From assembly GCA_021814615.1 (NCBI GenBank), contig JAKAHZ010000002.1, positions 17,011 to 81,010 of the forward strand: DNA of 64,000 bases, given 5' to 3'. Origin of the DNA: Nitrospirota bacterium. Lineage in GTDB: Bacteria; Nitrospirota; UBA9217. Below the pieces are notes generated by a model. The model was not told the origin of the DNA. It saw only the letters and a program-made list of their open reading frames with translations, and ran no database searches. Below are positions 37,562 through 47,674 of this stretch, piece after piece (the stretch's first letter is position 1; each line of letters starts with the position of its first letter). The translations under genes and the position numbers were made by a program.

Positions 37562-38236
37562 ATGCCGCTCAGTAATGGCTACGGTGTCGTGATCGGCACC
37601 ATCGGCAACTACTATCGCGATCCGCCGGACAACTACGGAAAATATTATCACGGCAATGTCTACGTGAACACGCCGGCGGGGGACTATCACTGCGCGATCG
37701 ATGTCGATTCGAAGAAATCCTCGATCGGCGTCGAACGCCGGATCGTGCCCCTGACCAGCAGTCAACTAGCGAACCTCATCATGCTCGGGACCGGCTATCA
37801 TTCCCTGGCGTCGAATTCCATTTCCGGCGCGATCGATTACGTGCGGAGTCCCCTGCTGCCCCAGAGCATCACGCTCAGATGCCCCTACCTCTTCAGGGCG
37901 ATGAGAGCGATCCTGCCCCTAGAGCTGGTCATAAAGTTTCCCTGGAAAAAAGGCACGGACATCGAGGCGCTCGGTGACCTGGAACCTCTGGTCTTTACCA
38001 CGAAGAACAACGGGCTGAAGGCCTACATCTTCGGCGAGCCCTTCACGTCCGGACTCGGCGTTCACAATATCCATCAGAACCAGGGAGACCCGGCGGGAAC
38101 GACGTGGTGGGCGGAGAACGGCATCTGGCAGGACGGGTGCACCATTCTCCAGCAGAGCAGCGATCTCTATATGGCCTTTTTGAACAAGTTCACATCACAA
38201 TCCTATCTGACTGATGATAACGGACATCCCCTATAG
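37562..38236 (+). CDS. DUF2278/YukJ-family protein
   Basis: YGV, GAIDYVR, FGE, GVHNIHQNQG and NGIWQDG motifs. Confidence 0.82.
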   Translation: MPLSNGYGVVIGTIGNYYRDPPDNYGKYYHGNVYVNTPAGDYHCAIDVDSKKSSIGVERRIVPLTSSQLANLIMLGTGYHSLASNSISGAIDYVRSPLLPQSITLRCPYLFRAMRAILPLELVIKFPWKKGTDIEALGDLEPLVFTTKNNGLKAYIFGEPFTSGLGVHNIHQNQGDPAGTTWWAENGIWQDGCTILQQSSDLYMAFLNKFTSQSYLTDDNGHPL

Positions 38237-38244
38237 ACAACGAT

Positions 38245-38616
38245 ATGCTCACGATGAACATACGACGGCTCTCGGCGGCTCTGGTGTTCATGATCTCTGG
38301 CTGCGCAGATCGATCTGACTGGAAGATGCTGTTTCGTTCGAATGACGGGTATATGTTCTTCTTCGCTCTTCTGTCGTATTTTATCGGCGGAATACTGATC
38401 ATCAAACCGCCAAGCCTCTCAAGATGGAAACGTTCGCTGCAACGCATTCTTATTGGAGCATTCATTGCCCTTTTATTCGGAAATCTGATCGCCTGGTTTT
38501 ATGCGCAAGGGACCGACAGGGGCGACACTGCCAGTGACATCCTGGTGGCGTTTTCCTACATGTTTGTTCTGCTCGCGATCATAGTCAACCATGAGTGGTA
38601 TGAAATAAAGAAATAA
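38245..38616 (+). CDS. Hypothetical membrane protein (possible lipoprotein signal)
   Basis: ISGC lipobox-like segment followed by three hydrophobic helices. Confidence 0.55.
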   Translation: MLTMNIRRLSAALVFMISGCADRSDWKMLFRSNDGYMFFFALLSYFIGGILIIKPPSLSRWKRSLQRILIGAFIALLFGNLIAWFYAQGTDRGDTASDILVAFSYMFVLLAIIVNHEWYEIKK

Positions 38617-38996
38617 TGTGTCCGTTCTTGAGCGACCGATGGCGCTGACAGCCGCGGTCCCGCAACGTCTTCCCCAGAGGCTGCCCCCCAGCCTCTGCAA
38701 CTTGGCCCTCTTCCCCGACCATGACCCGGGGAGGAGGGCATTCTTCGCGGGCCAGACACCACCGTTCTGCTCCCCCACTCACCTCCCCGCACCCGGTTCC
38801 GCCTTTCTCCTCAGCAGCCCCACTGACAGCACCGCTATCCTGGGGGAAGATTCGCGTCCTGCAGCAGCTTCCTTCCTTCATCAAATACGTGTATAATTTG
38901 GAAGGCCTCTATGCCGCTGGATTGCCTGCGGACCCGGAAACCACACGGGCAATCCCGATCCGGAGCAATGGTCGTGTTCAACGGAGGAATGATCCG

Positions 38997-39296
38997 GTGA
39001 AATCCGAAACAAGCACCTGGTTTACCTTTTATGTGATCCTGGTGACGTATGCATTCATCTCGAAACTGATGGTGAACGAGATGGCAAAAAAAGTGATGAA
39101 AACAAAACAATGGCCGCCGCCGGACGCTTCTCCCGATCCTTCCCGGAAAGGTTCGGTCCTGGATTCCCTCAGGCAGCCGCTGTTCGGCGAACCTGCGATC
39201 AAGACCGCCAAGCGGTACGTGATCATGGCCGATGTCTTCCTGTGGTGCGTCGCGGGGTCGTTCGTTCTCTATGGGCTCTTCTTCCAGCGGTCCTAA
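38997..39296 (+). CDS. Small two-TM hypothetical protein
   Basis: GTG start after GGAGGA RBS; two hydrophobic helices. Confidence 0.65.
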   Translation: MKSETSTWFTFYVILVTYAFISKLMVNEMAKKVMKTKQWPPPDASPDPSRKGSVLDSLRQPLFGEPAIKTAKRYVIMADVFLWCVAGSFVLYGLFFQRS

Positions 39297-39302
39297 CGTC
39301 CC

Positions 39303-39890
39303 ATGAGCACGCTCATCAGGCCGTTCACGAACGACCGTGCCGAAAACCGCCCGGGCGTCGAGCTGTTCATCTGGCGGGCCGGCGTTCTTTGCGTCCTGCT
39401 TGCCGCCACCGTCGTTCTCTTTGCTTTCCAGCTCGACCGCATGTCCCTTGCCAGGAAGGCTGTCACGGGGTCTTGGTGCCTTCTTCTGCTGCTCCTGCTT
39501 CTGTATCACCTCCATCTTATCTTCCTGTTCAAGAAGCTCTGCATTACCGTCGCGGCCGACAGCCTGACCATTCGATCCTTTCTGGTTCACGAGGAGATAC
39601 CGTTCCGCGACATCCGGGAGCTGAAAAGCCTGGCAAAGGAGAAGCTGGAGATCAGGAAGAAGGGGCTCTTTTCCTATTTCCGGGAGGCGCCGCAGATCGT
39701 CTATCCCGTGGCGCAGATCGGCTCCTGCACCCTGGAGAAGTTCGGCACGGTGAGGTTCTACAGTTTTCTGGACAGTCTCGGGCAGCCCAAAGACCTGCTC
39801 TTGATCAGAACCGGCGAAGACCGTCGGTTTGCTGTATCCCTGATCAACGCCGATGAGCTCAGGGACGCGATCGACCGGTCCAGGGGCTGA
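39303..39890 (+). CDS. Membrane protein with bacterial PH-like domain
   Basis: Two TM helices, then DSLTIR..IPFRDIRE and FAVSLINADEL patterns. Confidence 0.65.
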   Translation: MSTLIRPFTNDRAENRPGVELFIWRAGVLCVLLAATVVLFAFQLDRMSLARKAVTGSWCLLLLLLLLYHLHLIFLFKKLCITVAADSLTIRSFLVHEEIPFRDIRELKSLAKEKLEIRKKGLFSYFREAPQIVYPVAQIGSCTLEKFGTVRFYSFLDSLGQPKDLLLIRTGEDRRFAVSLINADELRDAIDRSRG

Positions 39891-39947
39891 TCCTTTTCAG
39901 CAGGGACGCCCGAGGCGGGAAGGCGTGGAGTACCGGTCCCTGCAGTG

Positions 39948-41375
39948 TCATCCGCGCTCGTCCCCTTCTTCCTCGTTCTTATCGTCTTTCCGGAAAGCAG
40001 CCGAGGCAATGCCGTACTTCCGCATGATGTGCTGGAGCGATTGTCGCTCCATACCGGCGGACTGGGCAGCCAGGGAGACATTGCCCTGGCTCCGCCGGAG
40101 CAGGTTCGAGATATATTCGATGTTGAAGGAGGCGAGCACCTCCCTGCGCGCGTCCCGGTACGCGAGGCCGTCGGTCTCCGGTGCGGCGTTCCGCGCGACG
40201 ACGGGTTCGGCGTTCGCGCGGAAGTCGGACGGGGAGAGCATCTCGCTCTTCGAGAAGATGACGGCCCGCTTTATCTCGTTCTGAAGTTCCCGCGCGTTGC
40301 CCTTCCACTGGCGCGAAACAAGGAACTGGATCGCCTCTTCCGTCAGCCGCTTCCGGTCCAATCCAAGCTCGCTGCAAAAGAGGGAGAGAAAGTGGTAGGC
40401 GATGAGGGGGATGTCCTCCGGGATGTCCCTGAGCGGCGGGGTATTGACCGAAACGACGTTGAGCCGGTAGTAGAGATCGGACCGGAACAGTCCGGCAGCC
40501 ACGTTCCCGGCGAGGTCCCGGTTCGTTGCCGCAATGACCCGCACATCGACCCTCCGCGTGGCCGTATCGCCCAGCGGCTTCAGCTCCCGTTCCTGCAGGA
40601 CCCGCAGCAGCTTCGCCTGCAGGGAGGAGGAGATGTCGCCGATCTCGTCCAGGAGCAGCGTGCCGCCCTGCGCCACCTGAAAAAGACCTTCCCGGTCCGT
40701 CAGGGCCCCCGTGAACGCGCCTTTGCGATACCCGAAGAGCTCGCTTTCCAGGATGGTCTCGGGGATCGCCGGACAGTTGACCGCCACAAAAGGCTTGCCC
40801 GTCCTGCCGCTGAGATTGTGGATCATGCGGGCCGCCAGTTCCTTGCCCGTGCCCGTTTCGCCGGTGATGAGCACGGTAACGTCCGCCCTGGCCACCAGCC
40901 TGATGGTGTCGATGAGCTCCTGCATGCGAGGCGACTCGCCGACGAAAAAGGTTTCCTTCTCCTTCTTTCGGATCCTTCTCTCGAGATCGGTGTTCTTGCG
41001 CCGGAGGTCCTCATGCTCCAGCGCCAGCCGCACCGTGTGCAGCAACCGCTCCTCCTCGAAGGGCTTGGTGATGAAGTCGTAGGCCCCCTCTTTCATGGCC
41101 TCCACCGCCGTTTCGATGGCGCCATACGCCGTCATGATGATCACCGGGACGGGGGCGTCTTGCTTCCTGACCTGCCGCAGGAGCTCCATGCCTCCCATGC
41201 CCGGCATCTTCATATCCACGAGCAGGCAGTTGACGATGTGCTCCCTGAGGACCCGCAGCGCCTCTTCCGCGCTGCCGGCAGCAAGGGTCTCCGCGTGCAG
41301 GGTGCTTCCGATCAGCCGCTCGAGCAGCCGGGTCATGTCCCGGTTGTCGTCAACGATAAGAACCTTCTGCTTCAT
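39948..41375 (-). CDS. Sigma54-dependent response regulator (NtrC family)
   Basis: Receiver domain, GETGTGKE, ESELFG..GAFTGA, FRSDLYYRLNV and Fis-type HTH. Confidence 0.95.
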   Translation of the reverse strand: MKQKVLIVDDNRDMTRLLERLIGSTLHAETLAAGSAEEALRVLREHIVNCLLVDMKMPGMGGMELLRQVRKQDAPVPVIIMTAYGAIETAVEAMKEGAYDFITKPFEEERLLHTVRLALEHEDLRRKNTDLERRIRKKEKETFFVGESPRMQELIDTIRLVARADVTVLITGETGTGKELAARMIHNLSGRTGKPFVAVNCPAIPETILESELFGYRKGAFTGALTDREGLFQVAQGGTLLLDEIGDISSSLQAKLLRVLQERELKPLGDTATRRVDVRVIAATNRDLAGNVAAGLFRSDLYYRLNVVSVNTPPLRDIPEDIPLIAYHFLSLFCSELGLDRKRLTEEAIQFLVSRQWKGNARELQNEIKRAVIFSKSEMLSPSDFRANAEPVVARNAAPETDGLAYRDARREVLASFNIEYISNLLRRSQGNVSLAAQSAGMERQSLQHIMRKYGIASAAFRKDDKNEEEGDERG

Positions 41376-42981
41376 CCTTCTCTCCCGCAAGGGGGAGCCA
41401 CAGCGTGAACGCCGACCCCTTTCCCTTTTCGCTCGCCACCGTAAGCTCTCCCCGGTGCTCCTTCACGATCCCGTAGCTAACCGCCAGCCCCAGCCCGGTT
41501 CCCTCGCCCGGGGGCTTTGTCGTAAAGAAGGGCTCGAAGATCTTGTTCCGGATCTCCTCGGGAATGCCGCAGCCGGTGTCGGAAAAGACGATCCTCGCGC
41601 CCCTTCCTTCCCTGTCCCAGGAGGTCCTGACGGTAAGACGCCCCCCGGGCTGCATGGCCTGAAAGGCGTTCAGCAGGAGATTCGTGAAGATCCGCTTCAG
41701 CTTGTCCTCGTCGGCGGCGACACGGGGCAGGCCGGGGGCGTACTCGCGGGTGACGGCGATCCCCCCGCTGCGGAACGTCTCTTCCAGTGGCACCAGCGCC
41801 GCCTCGACAGCGGCGTTGATGTCGGTGGGGATGAGAGTGGTCGTTGTCTGGCGCGAAAAGTAGAGAAGGTCCTCGACGATCTTCTTGCACAGCCGGGCGT
41901 TCTTGTAAACGATGTCCAGGTCTTCCCTGACCTGCTGCGTCGCGTTGCATTCCTTGCGCAGCATGTTCGTATAGCCGAGGATCAGGCTGAGCGGATTGTT
42001 GATCTCGTGGGCCACGCCAGCGCCGAGCCTGCCGATGGACGCCAGCTTGTCGGCCTGCAGCACGCGCTCCTCCATCGCCATGCGCTCCTCCTCGGAGGTC
42101 TTCAGGTGCGCCATCATGCGATTGAAGGACCCGGCCAGCTCCGACACCTCGTGGTAGTCCGGCGCGTCGAAATGAATGTCCAGGCCCCGGTGCCGGTTCA
42201 CCACGTCCTTGAAGAAGGAGCTCATCCGCTTCATGGGAAGGACCGCCACGCGGTAATGGAAGTAGTTGAGGAGGACGAACAGCATCCCGATGACCGCGAC
42301 TCGGATAAGGAAGAAGGAAAGGGCGGCGTGCCTCAGCTGCCTGAAGGCGCCGCTCACCGGCGCCGCGATCGACTCAAGGCCGACTACCTCGCCCACCTTC
42401 CAGTGACGGCCGTGTACCGTGCCGTAGTGCCGCGTGATGGACTCCGGGGAAGAGGCGGGGTTCCCGTGGCAGAGCAGGCACTCTTCCTCCGCAACGACCG
42501 CCTTCACGTGCAGAAAATAATCCTCGCCGTTCCTCGAGACCAGGCCCTTCCATTGCCGCTCGGAACCCGCTTCGGTGCGGAATCGCCTGATAAAGCCTTC
42601 CTCAAAGGCATCGGCCTTGTTCTTAGGATTCATGGGGTCGAGGGCCACCCGCCGGTAGATGTAGTGGGGAAAGCGCTGCTTGAACCGCTTCATGATCCCC
42701 ATGTTCATGAAGGTGCTGGACATGACCTGCTGAATGAAGACGTTCCCGGGGAGGGCGTGGAATATCTGGGGCCGGAGCTCGTCGCGGGCATAGGCCATGG
42801 TGGCGTCGATATGCCCGAGCACGATGTCCGTCTTCTCGTAGGCTTCATTGATGTACATCTTCTTCTGATATTCGTAGGTGAGAAAGGAGAGGAGGGCGAT
42901 AGCGCACAGAAGGAGAATGCTCAGGCCGATCATGAACTTGACCGAAAGCGTCAAGCCGCCCCGTTTTGGAATGCTGTTCAA
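41350..42981 (-). CDS. Sensor histidine kinase with periplasmic heme-c (DUF3365-like) domain
   Basis: Periplasmic CLLCH, HAMP, HEINNPL, DTGCGI and GTGLGL motifs. Confidence 0.92.
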   Translation of the reverse strand: MNSIPKRGGLTLSVKFMIGLSILLLCAIALLSFLTYEYQKKMYINEAYEKTDIVLGHIDATMAYARDELRPQIFHALPGNVFIQQVMSSTFMNMGIMKRFKQRFPHYIYRRVALDPMNPKNKADAFEEGFIRRFRTEAGSERQWKGLVSRNGEDYFLHVKAVVAEEECLLCHGNPASSPESITRHYGTVHGRHWKVGEVVGLESIAAPVSGAFRQLRHAALSFFLIRVAVIGMLFVLLNYFHYRVAVLPMKRMSSFFKDVVNRHRGLDIHFDAPDYHEVSELAGSFNRMMAHLKTSEEERMAMEERVLQADKLASIGRLGAGVAHEINNPLSLILGYTNMLRKECNATQQVREDLDIVYKNARLCKKIVEDLLYFSRQTTTTLIPTDINAAVEAALVPLEETFRSGGIAVTREYAPGLPRVAADEDKLKRIFTNLLLNAFQAMQPGGRLTVRTSWDREGRGARIVFSDTGCGIPEEIRNKIFEPFFTTKPPGEGTGLGLAVSYGIVKEHRGELTVASEKGKGSAFTLWLPLAGEKDEAEGSYR

Positions 42982-43209
42982 GGGTGAACCTCAAAAACCG
43001 GAACAACGATCCTGCGACAACGAAAAGGAGCCGAATACAACCGCTTGTTTAGAATACTGAGGTTTTCGAAATAATGCAACACATTCCGGGACCAGTGAAC
43101 TGCAGAAATCAGATGGCAGTGCCAGCGATTTCTTGCTGCAAGAAAACGATCCGCCGAAAAGCCGCACAATAAAGCATCGTAATAACAATGTATTGGCAGC
43201 GGCCCGATC

Positions 43210-43225
43210 TGGCACGGCTATTGCT
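43210..43225 (+). promoter_or_regulatory. Sigma54 promoter (-24/-12)
   Basis: TGGCAC-GGCTA-TTGCT, divergent from the sigma54 two-component pair. Confidence 0.82.
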
Positions 43226-43282
43226 CTATGCACCGTCCGGGTAGGGATAGTCAGCACGATCTTGAACACACGGGGTACTGAA

Positions 43283-45022
43283 ATGAGACCGAACGTGGAA
43301 AGAATACGAAAACGCATTCATGAACATGCCGGCGGGAAGTGGTTTCTGCTCTTCACCGTCCTGCTCGGCGCGGCCATGTCCGCGGTCGATGTCAGCATCG
43401 TCAACGTGGCCCTGCCGACGCTCAAGCATACCTTCGGGGTCCCCATGGCAGTCATCGAGTGGGTCGCGCTGGCCTACATGCTCACGCTGACCATCTTTCT
43501 TCCGCTCTTCGGCAGGCTCGCCGATATGTTCGGACGGTCGCGGCTCTACCACACGGGGTTCGTGGTTTTCACCGGGGGGTCGCTGCTCTGCGGCATGTCG
43601 CCCGGCGCGGGCTTCATGATCGCCGCCCGCGTCGTCCAGGCTGTCGGGGCCGGGCTGTTGCAGGCCAATTCCGTCGCCCTTCTTACGGACGCATTTCCCG
43701 CGCAGGAGCGGGGCAAGGTCATCGGCATCCAGGCCGCCGTACAGGCAATAGCGATGTCGATCGGTCCTTTCATCGGCGGCATCCTGATCGCCACTGTGGG
43801 CTGGCAGGCCATCTTCTACGTAAATATCCCCATCGGCATCGCGGCGACGATCGCCGCCCTGTTCATCCTTCCACGCGACCGGAAGGCCGAGAAGAAGGAA
43901 AAAGTCGATTACCTCGGGGCGCTGCTCCTGGCCGCGGGACTGGCATGCATCGTCCTGGCCTTCAACGAGGGAGTAACGATCGAATCGGGCTCATCCACGA
44001 CCATCGTGTTCCTCATGCATGCCGGCATCCTGCTCAGCCTGTTCATGATGACCGAGCTGCGGGTGGAACATCCGCTGATCGACCTCGCGCTGTTCCGGAA
44101 CCGCACGTTTCTCATCGGCAACCTGACCAGCATGCTTTCCTATTTTGTCCTGTTCGCGGTCATGTTCCTCATGCCCTTCTATCTGGAAAAAGCCCTGGGC
44201 TGCAGCGTCACCCTCACCGGCGCGCTCCTGACCCCGCTGCTCCTTGCGATGGCGGTCACGGCCCCGTTCTCGGGCCACATCTCGGACCTCTACGGACCGC
44301 GGCTCATCACCACGGCGGGCATGCTCCTGTCCGCAGCGGCCTGCTTCGCGCTCCTGCGGATGGGGGCCTCCGCGCAGCTGCCCCTGCTGGCGGTGGTCCT
44401 GGCCCTTCTCGGCGTGGGCATGGGGATGTTCATTACGCCCAACAACAGCGCCGTCATCGGTTCGGCTCCCCAGGGAAAGCTGGGGGTGGCGGGCGGCGTC
44501 CTGAACATGATGCGGTCCCTCGGGCTTGTCTTCGGCGTGAATATCTCGGGACTGATCTTCACCACGCTGGAGCGCAGATACCTCTCCGACAACGGCTATC
44601 CGAACATCGAACGCGTATTCGTGAACACCAGCATTCCCCTGTCGCTCAAATCCGGCGCGTTCATGCACGGGTTCATGATGGTGATCATGGTCCTTATGGC
44701 GGTTACCGTGCTGTCGGCGTTCCTTTCGTCCGTCAGGAACGTCGGGACAGCCCCCATCGTGGACCCTGAAGCAACGGAAAGGACGCTCGTCTCATCGGGA
44801 TTCTTCAACGGCTTCAGCCGGGAGAGCAAGGGAATGGCCCTGTTCATCATGCTCCTTCTTGTTGCCGGGGTCACCGGAGCCTTCGCCTCTTCCCGGCTGG
44901 TCGATACGGCCTTTGCCGCCTCGAAAACGGCGCAGGGCCCGCAAGCCCGCTACCAGGACGGCCAGGGGCACAAGCCCGGCATGCGGGAATGGGCCTACGA
45001 CCTGTTCAGCAACGTCAATTAA
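43283..45022 (+). CDS. MFS transporter, DHA2 (EmrB/QacA) family, with C-terminal extension
   Basis: DVSIVNVALP, GRLADMFGR, GPFIGG, IFYVNIPIG and HPLIDLALF motifs. Confidence 0.92.
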   Translation: MRPNVERIRKRIHEHAGGKWFLLFTVLLGAAMSAVDVSIVNVALPTLKHTFGVPMAVIEWVALAYMLTLTIFLPLFGRLADMFGRSRLYHTGFVVFTGGSLLCGMSPGAGFMIAARVVQAVGAGLLQANSVALLTDAFPAQERGKVIGIQAAVQAIAMSIGPFIGGILIATVGWQAIFYVNIPIGIAATIAALFILPRDRKAEKKEKVDYLGALLLAAGLACIVLAFNEGVTIESGSSTTIVFLMHAGILLSLFMMTELRVEHPLIDLALFRNRTFLIGNLTSMLSYFVLFAVMFLMPFYLEKALGCSVTLTGALLTPLLLAMAVTAPFSGHISDLYGPRLITTAGMLLSAAACFALLRMGASAQLPLLAVVLALLGVGMGMFITPNNSAVIGSAPQGKLGVAGGVLNMMRSLGLVFGVNISGLIFTTLERRYLSDNGYPNIERVFVNTSIPLSLKSGAFMHGFMMVIMVLMAVTVLSAFLSSVRNVGTAPIVDPEATERTLVSSGFFNGFSRESKGMALFIMLLLVAGVTGAFASSRLVDTAFAASKTAQGPQARYQDGQGHKPGMREWAYDLFSNVN

Positions 45023-45242
45023 GGATCAGAGCGCATCATTTTCACCAGGATATCCATCACAGGAGGTCATCGAAGAATGAGCGGTCCCCGAAGTCTTCAT
45101 CCGTTCTTGTCGGGTTAGGTGCATAAAGCTTCCTTTCCGCGCCTGTCAGCCGAAACCTGGCAGCATGCCGGCAGGAGACGCTCCTCTCGGCGCTGGCTTG
45201 TATTGAATCGCATAAAAAATACCATCTCATGGAGGTCGCATC

Positions 45243-46007
45243 ATGGCAGCAAGTTGGCTTTTCTTACTCACCTGCAGTTTAAGCGGCGCTTTCCTGTCCA
45301 GTCTGCTCGGGATCGGTGGCGCCATCTTCATCATCCCGATCATCATGTTCTTTCAAAAGAGCGTGGGCCTGGACCTCGGGATGCATCAAATAAGCGCCCT
45401 GACCACCCTTTTTGTCTTTGTCGCGGGGGTCATCGGCTTCTGGGCGCACGGCCGGCATTACAAAATAGAAAAACGGCTGGTGATCATCACGGGCGCCTGC
45501 GCATCGGTCGGGGCGCTTGCAGGAGGAGTGGTCCAGTTCTATCTGCCGCATACGGTGATCCTGGCGACGTTCATCGGCCTTCTGTTCCTCATCGGCGGCC
45601 TGATGATCTGGCCGATCAAGAACGAGAACACCGAGATTCCCGATTATTCGCTGACGAAGACGATCATCGGCTGCGTGACCGGCGGCTTCCTGGCGGGCAT
45701 GGTGGGCATCGGGGGAGGCACGATCCTCGTTCCCTTCATGATCGTCTTCCTCCGCATCCCCACGCGGCCGGCGATCTCGACCGGCCTGGCCCTGGTGATG
45801 CTGGCGGGCTTCTTCGGATTGCTCGGCCGGCTGGGACATGCCTCCTCCGTTCCCTGGTCCCTGGGCATTCCCCTGGTGCTCGGGATCCTGCCGGGCAGTC
45901 TGCTGGGGACCTATACCAACAAGCGCATGCCGACTGCCGTGCTGCGCAAGAGCTTTGCGGTGGTGATCCTGGGCCTGGCAGTCCAGCAGGTCACGAGCTT
46001 GTTCTGA
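45243..46007 (+). CDS. TSUP (TauE/SafE) sulfite-exporter family permease
   Basis: LLGIGGAIFIIP and GMVGIGGGTILVP repeat halves. Confidence 0.88.
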   Translation: MAASWLFLLTCSLSGAFLSSLLGIGGAIFIIPIIMFFQKSVGLDLGMHQISALTTLFVFVAGVIGFWAHGRHYKIEKRLVIITGACASVGALAGGVVQFYLPHTVILATFIGLLFLIGGLMIWPIKNENTEIPDYSLTKTIIGCVTGGFLAGMVGIGGGTILVPFMIVFLRIPTRPAISTGLALVMLAGFFGLLGRLGHASSVPWSLGIPLVLGILPGSLLGTYTNKRMPTAVLRKSFAVVILGLAVQQVTSLF

Positions 46008-46035
46008 TCGATTTTTCAAAGGAGCGTGGGGAAGC

Positions 46036-47649
46036 ATGTCAATCAAGGGAAACGGATCGCCATCCGGAAGCTATATACGGAAACTATTGGAGCACTGGCG
46101 GGATTTCCGTCTGAAGCTGTTCTTTGAAGGTATCCTTGCGGGGGCCTTTGCCGGACTCGTCGTGGTCGGGTTCCGGCTGGTCCTGGCCTGGGCAGGGCCG
46201 GCGCGGGACCGTCTGTTCGGCGCTCTCCGGTCAAGCGCGCCCGGCTGGACCGCGCTCTGGGTGGTCTGTCTCATCGGCATCGCCGTGATCCTGGCGTGGC
46301 TGATCGAGAAAGTTCCGATGTCCACGGGCAGCGGGATTCCCCAGGTCAAGGGCATCCTTGCCGGACTGCTCCAGGCAGCGAGCTGGATCAAGATCGTGGG
46401 GGCGAAGTTCGCCGGCGGTTTCCTGGGCATCGGGGCCGGGCTTTCCCTCGGCCGGGAAGGTCCGTCGGTACAGCTGGGCGCCGCCGCGGGCCAGGGGGTG
46501 AGCCGGCTTCTCGGCCGGCCCGCGCTGGAGGAGCGATATATGCTCACCTGCGGGGCCAGCGCCGGACTGTCGGCAGCCTTCAACGCGCCGCTGGCGGGCG
46601 TGGTATTCGCGCTCGAGGAACTGCACAAGACCTTTTCCCCGGCGCTGCTTACCTCCGCTATCGGGGCTTCGGTCACGGCGGACCTGGTCAGCCGGTTCGT
46701 TTTCGGGCAGGGTCCGGTCTTCGACTTTCACAATATTCCGCTGATGCCGTTTCCGTATTACCTGCTCATCGTCATCCTCGGTCTCGTGGTCGGGGCCTTC
46801 GGGGTCCTGTTCAACGCGACCCTGGTCAATTCGCAGAAATTCTACGAGAAACTGCCGCTGCCCGCGCGGCTGAAGCCCGCGCTTCCTTTGCTCACGGCGG
46901 GGGTGCTCGGATTCGTTCTGCCCCAGGTGCTGGGCGGCGGCGCGAGACTGATCAACTCCTTGCCGCAGATGCATTACGCGCTCTCCCTGCTCCTGGTCAT
47001 CCTTGCGGTGAAATTCCTGTTCACGATGCTGAGCTACGGAACGGGTGCGCCCGGCGGCATCTTCATGCCTCTCCTGACCATCGGCGCAGTGGCCGGCACC
47101 GTATACGGAAGCGTGGCAGCGCAGTATCTGCATATCGACCCGCTGTACATCAACAACTTCAGCATGCTGGCCATGGCCGCATACTTCAGCGCCATCGTCA
47201 AGGCGCCGGTTACCGGCAGCATCCTGATCCTGGAAATGACCGGCAACATCGAGCAGCTCCTGCCGCTCATCACGGTCTGCATGTCCGCATACATCGCGAG
47301 CGACCTCCTGGAAGGCAAACCGGTCTACGATGTCCTCCTGAATCGGATGCTGGCCAGACGAAGGCCGATCCCGGAGCAGGCCCTTCCGCAGCCCGATGGG
47401 GAGATGCAAATTCTGGAAAAGGTGGTCGGCCTCGAGGCGCCCGTCTGCGACAAGCGGATTTGCGATATCGACTGGCCGGAGCACAGTCTGCTGGTGGGGA
47501 TCCGGCGCGGGGAGGAAGACCTGATCCCGGCGCGGGATACGGTCATTTATCAGGGCGACTATCTGATCGTGATATCCGGGTCGGGAAAACTGTCCCGGGT
47601 GCACTCCTGCCTGCAGGAGCTGACCGGTGAAGAAAAGACCGTATCCTGA
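46036..47649 (+). CDS. CLC H+/Cl- exchanger with C-terminal TrkA-C/RCK_C domain
   Basis: Canonical GSGIP, GREGP, FALEE and GGIFMP; tail LLVGIRRGEEDLIP..DTVIYQGD. Confidence 0.92.
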   Translation: MSIKGNGSPSGSYIRKLLEHWRDFRLKLFFEGILAGAFAGLVVVGFRLVLAWAGPARDRLFGALRSSAPGWTALWVVCLIGIAVILAWLIEKVPMSTGSGIPQVKGILAGLLQAASWIKIVGAKFAGGFLGIGAGLSLGREGPSVQLGAAAGQGVSRLLGRPALEERYMLTCGASAGLSAAFNAPLAGVVFALEELHKTFSPALLTSAIGASVTADLVSRFVFGQGPVFDFHNIPLMPFPYYLLIVILGLVVGAFGVLFNATLVNSQKFYEKLPLPARLKPALPLLTAGVLGFVLPQVLGGGARLINSLPQMHYALSLLLVILAVKFLFTMLSYGTGAPGGIFMPLLTIGAVAGTVYGSVAAQYLHIDPLYINNFSMLAMAAYFSAIVKAPVTGSILILEMTGNIEQLLPLITVCMSAYIASDLLEGKPVYDVLLNRMLARRRPIPEQALPQPDGEMQILEKVVGLEAPVCDKRICDIDWPEHSLLVGIRRGEEDLIPARDTVIYQGDYLIVISGSGKLSRVHSCLQELTGEEKTVS

Positions 47650-47674
47650 AGACCACGGCCCGGAAGAGGCGACC

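Noticed and set aside
31539-39033. Possible CRISPR array or integron cassette array
   Set aside because: Repeats are few, of mixed length and separated by gene-sized spacers. There are no cas genes, no integron integrase and no convincing RYYYAAC...GTTRRRY attC sites.
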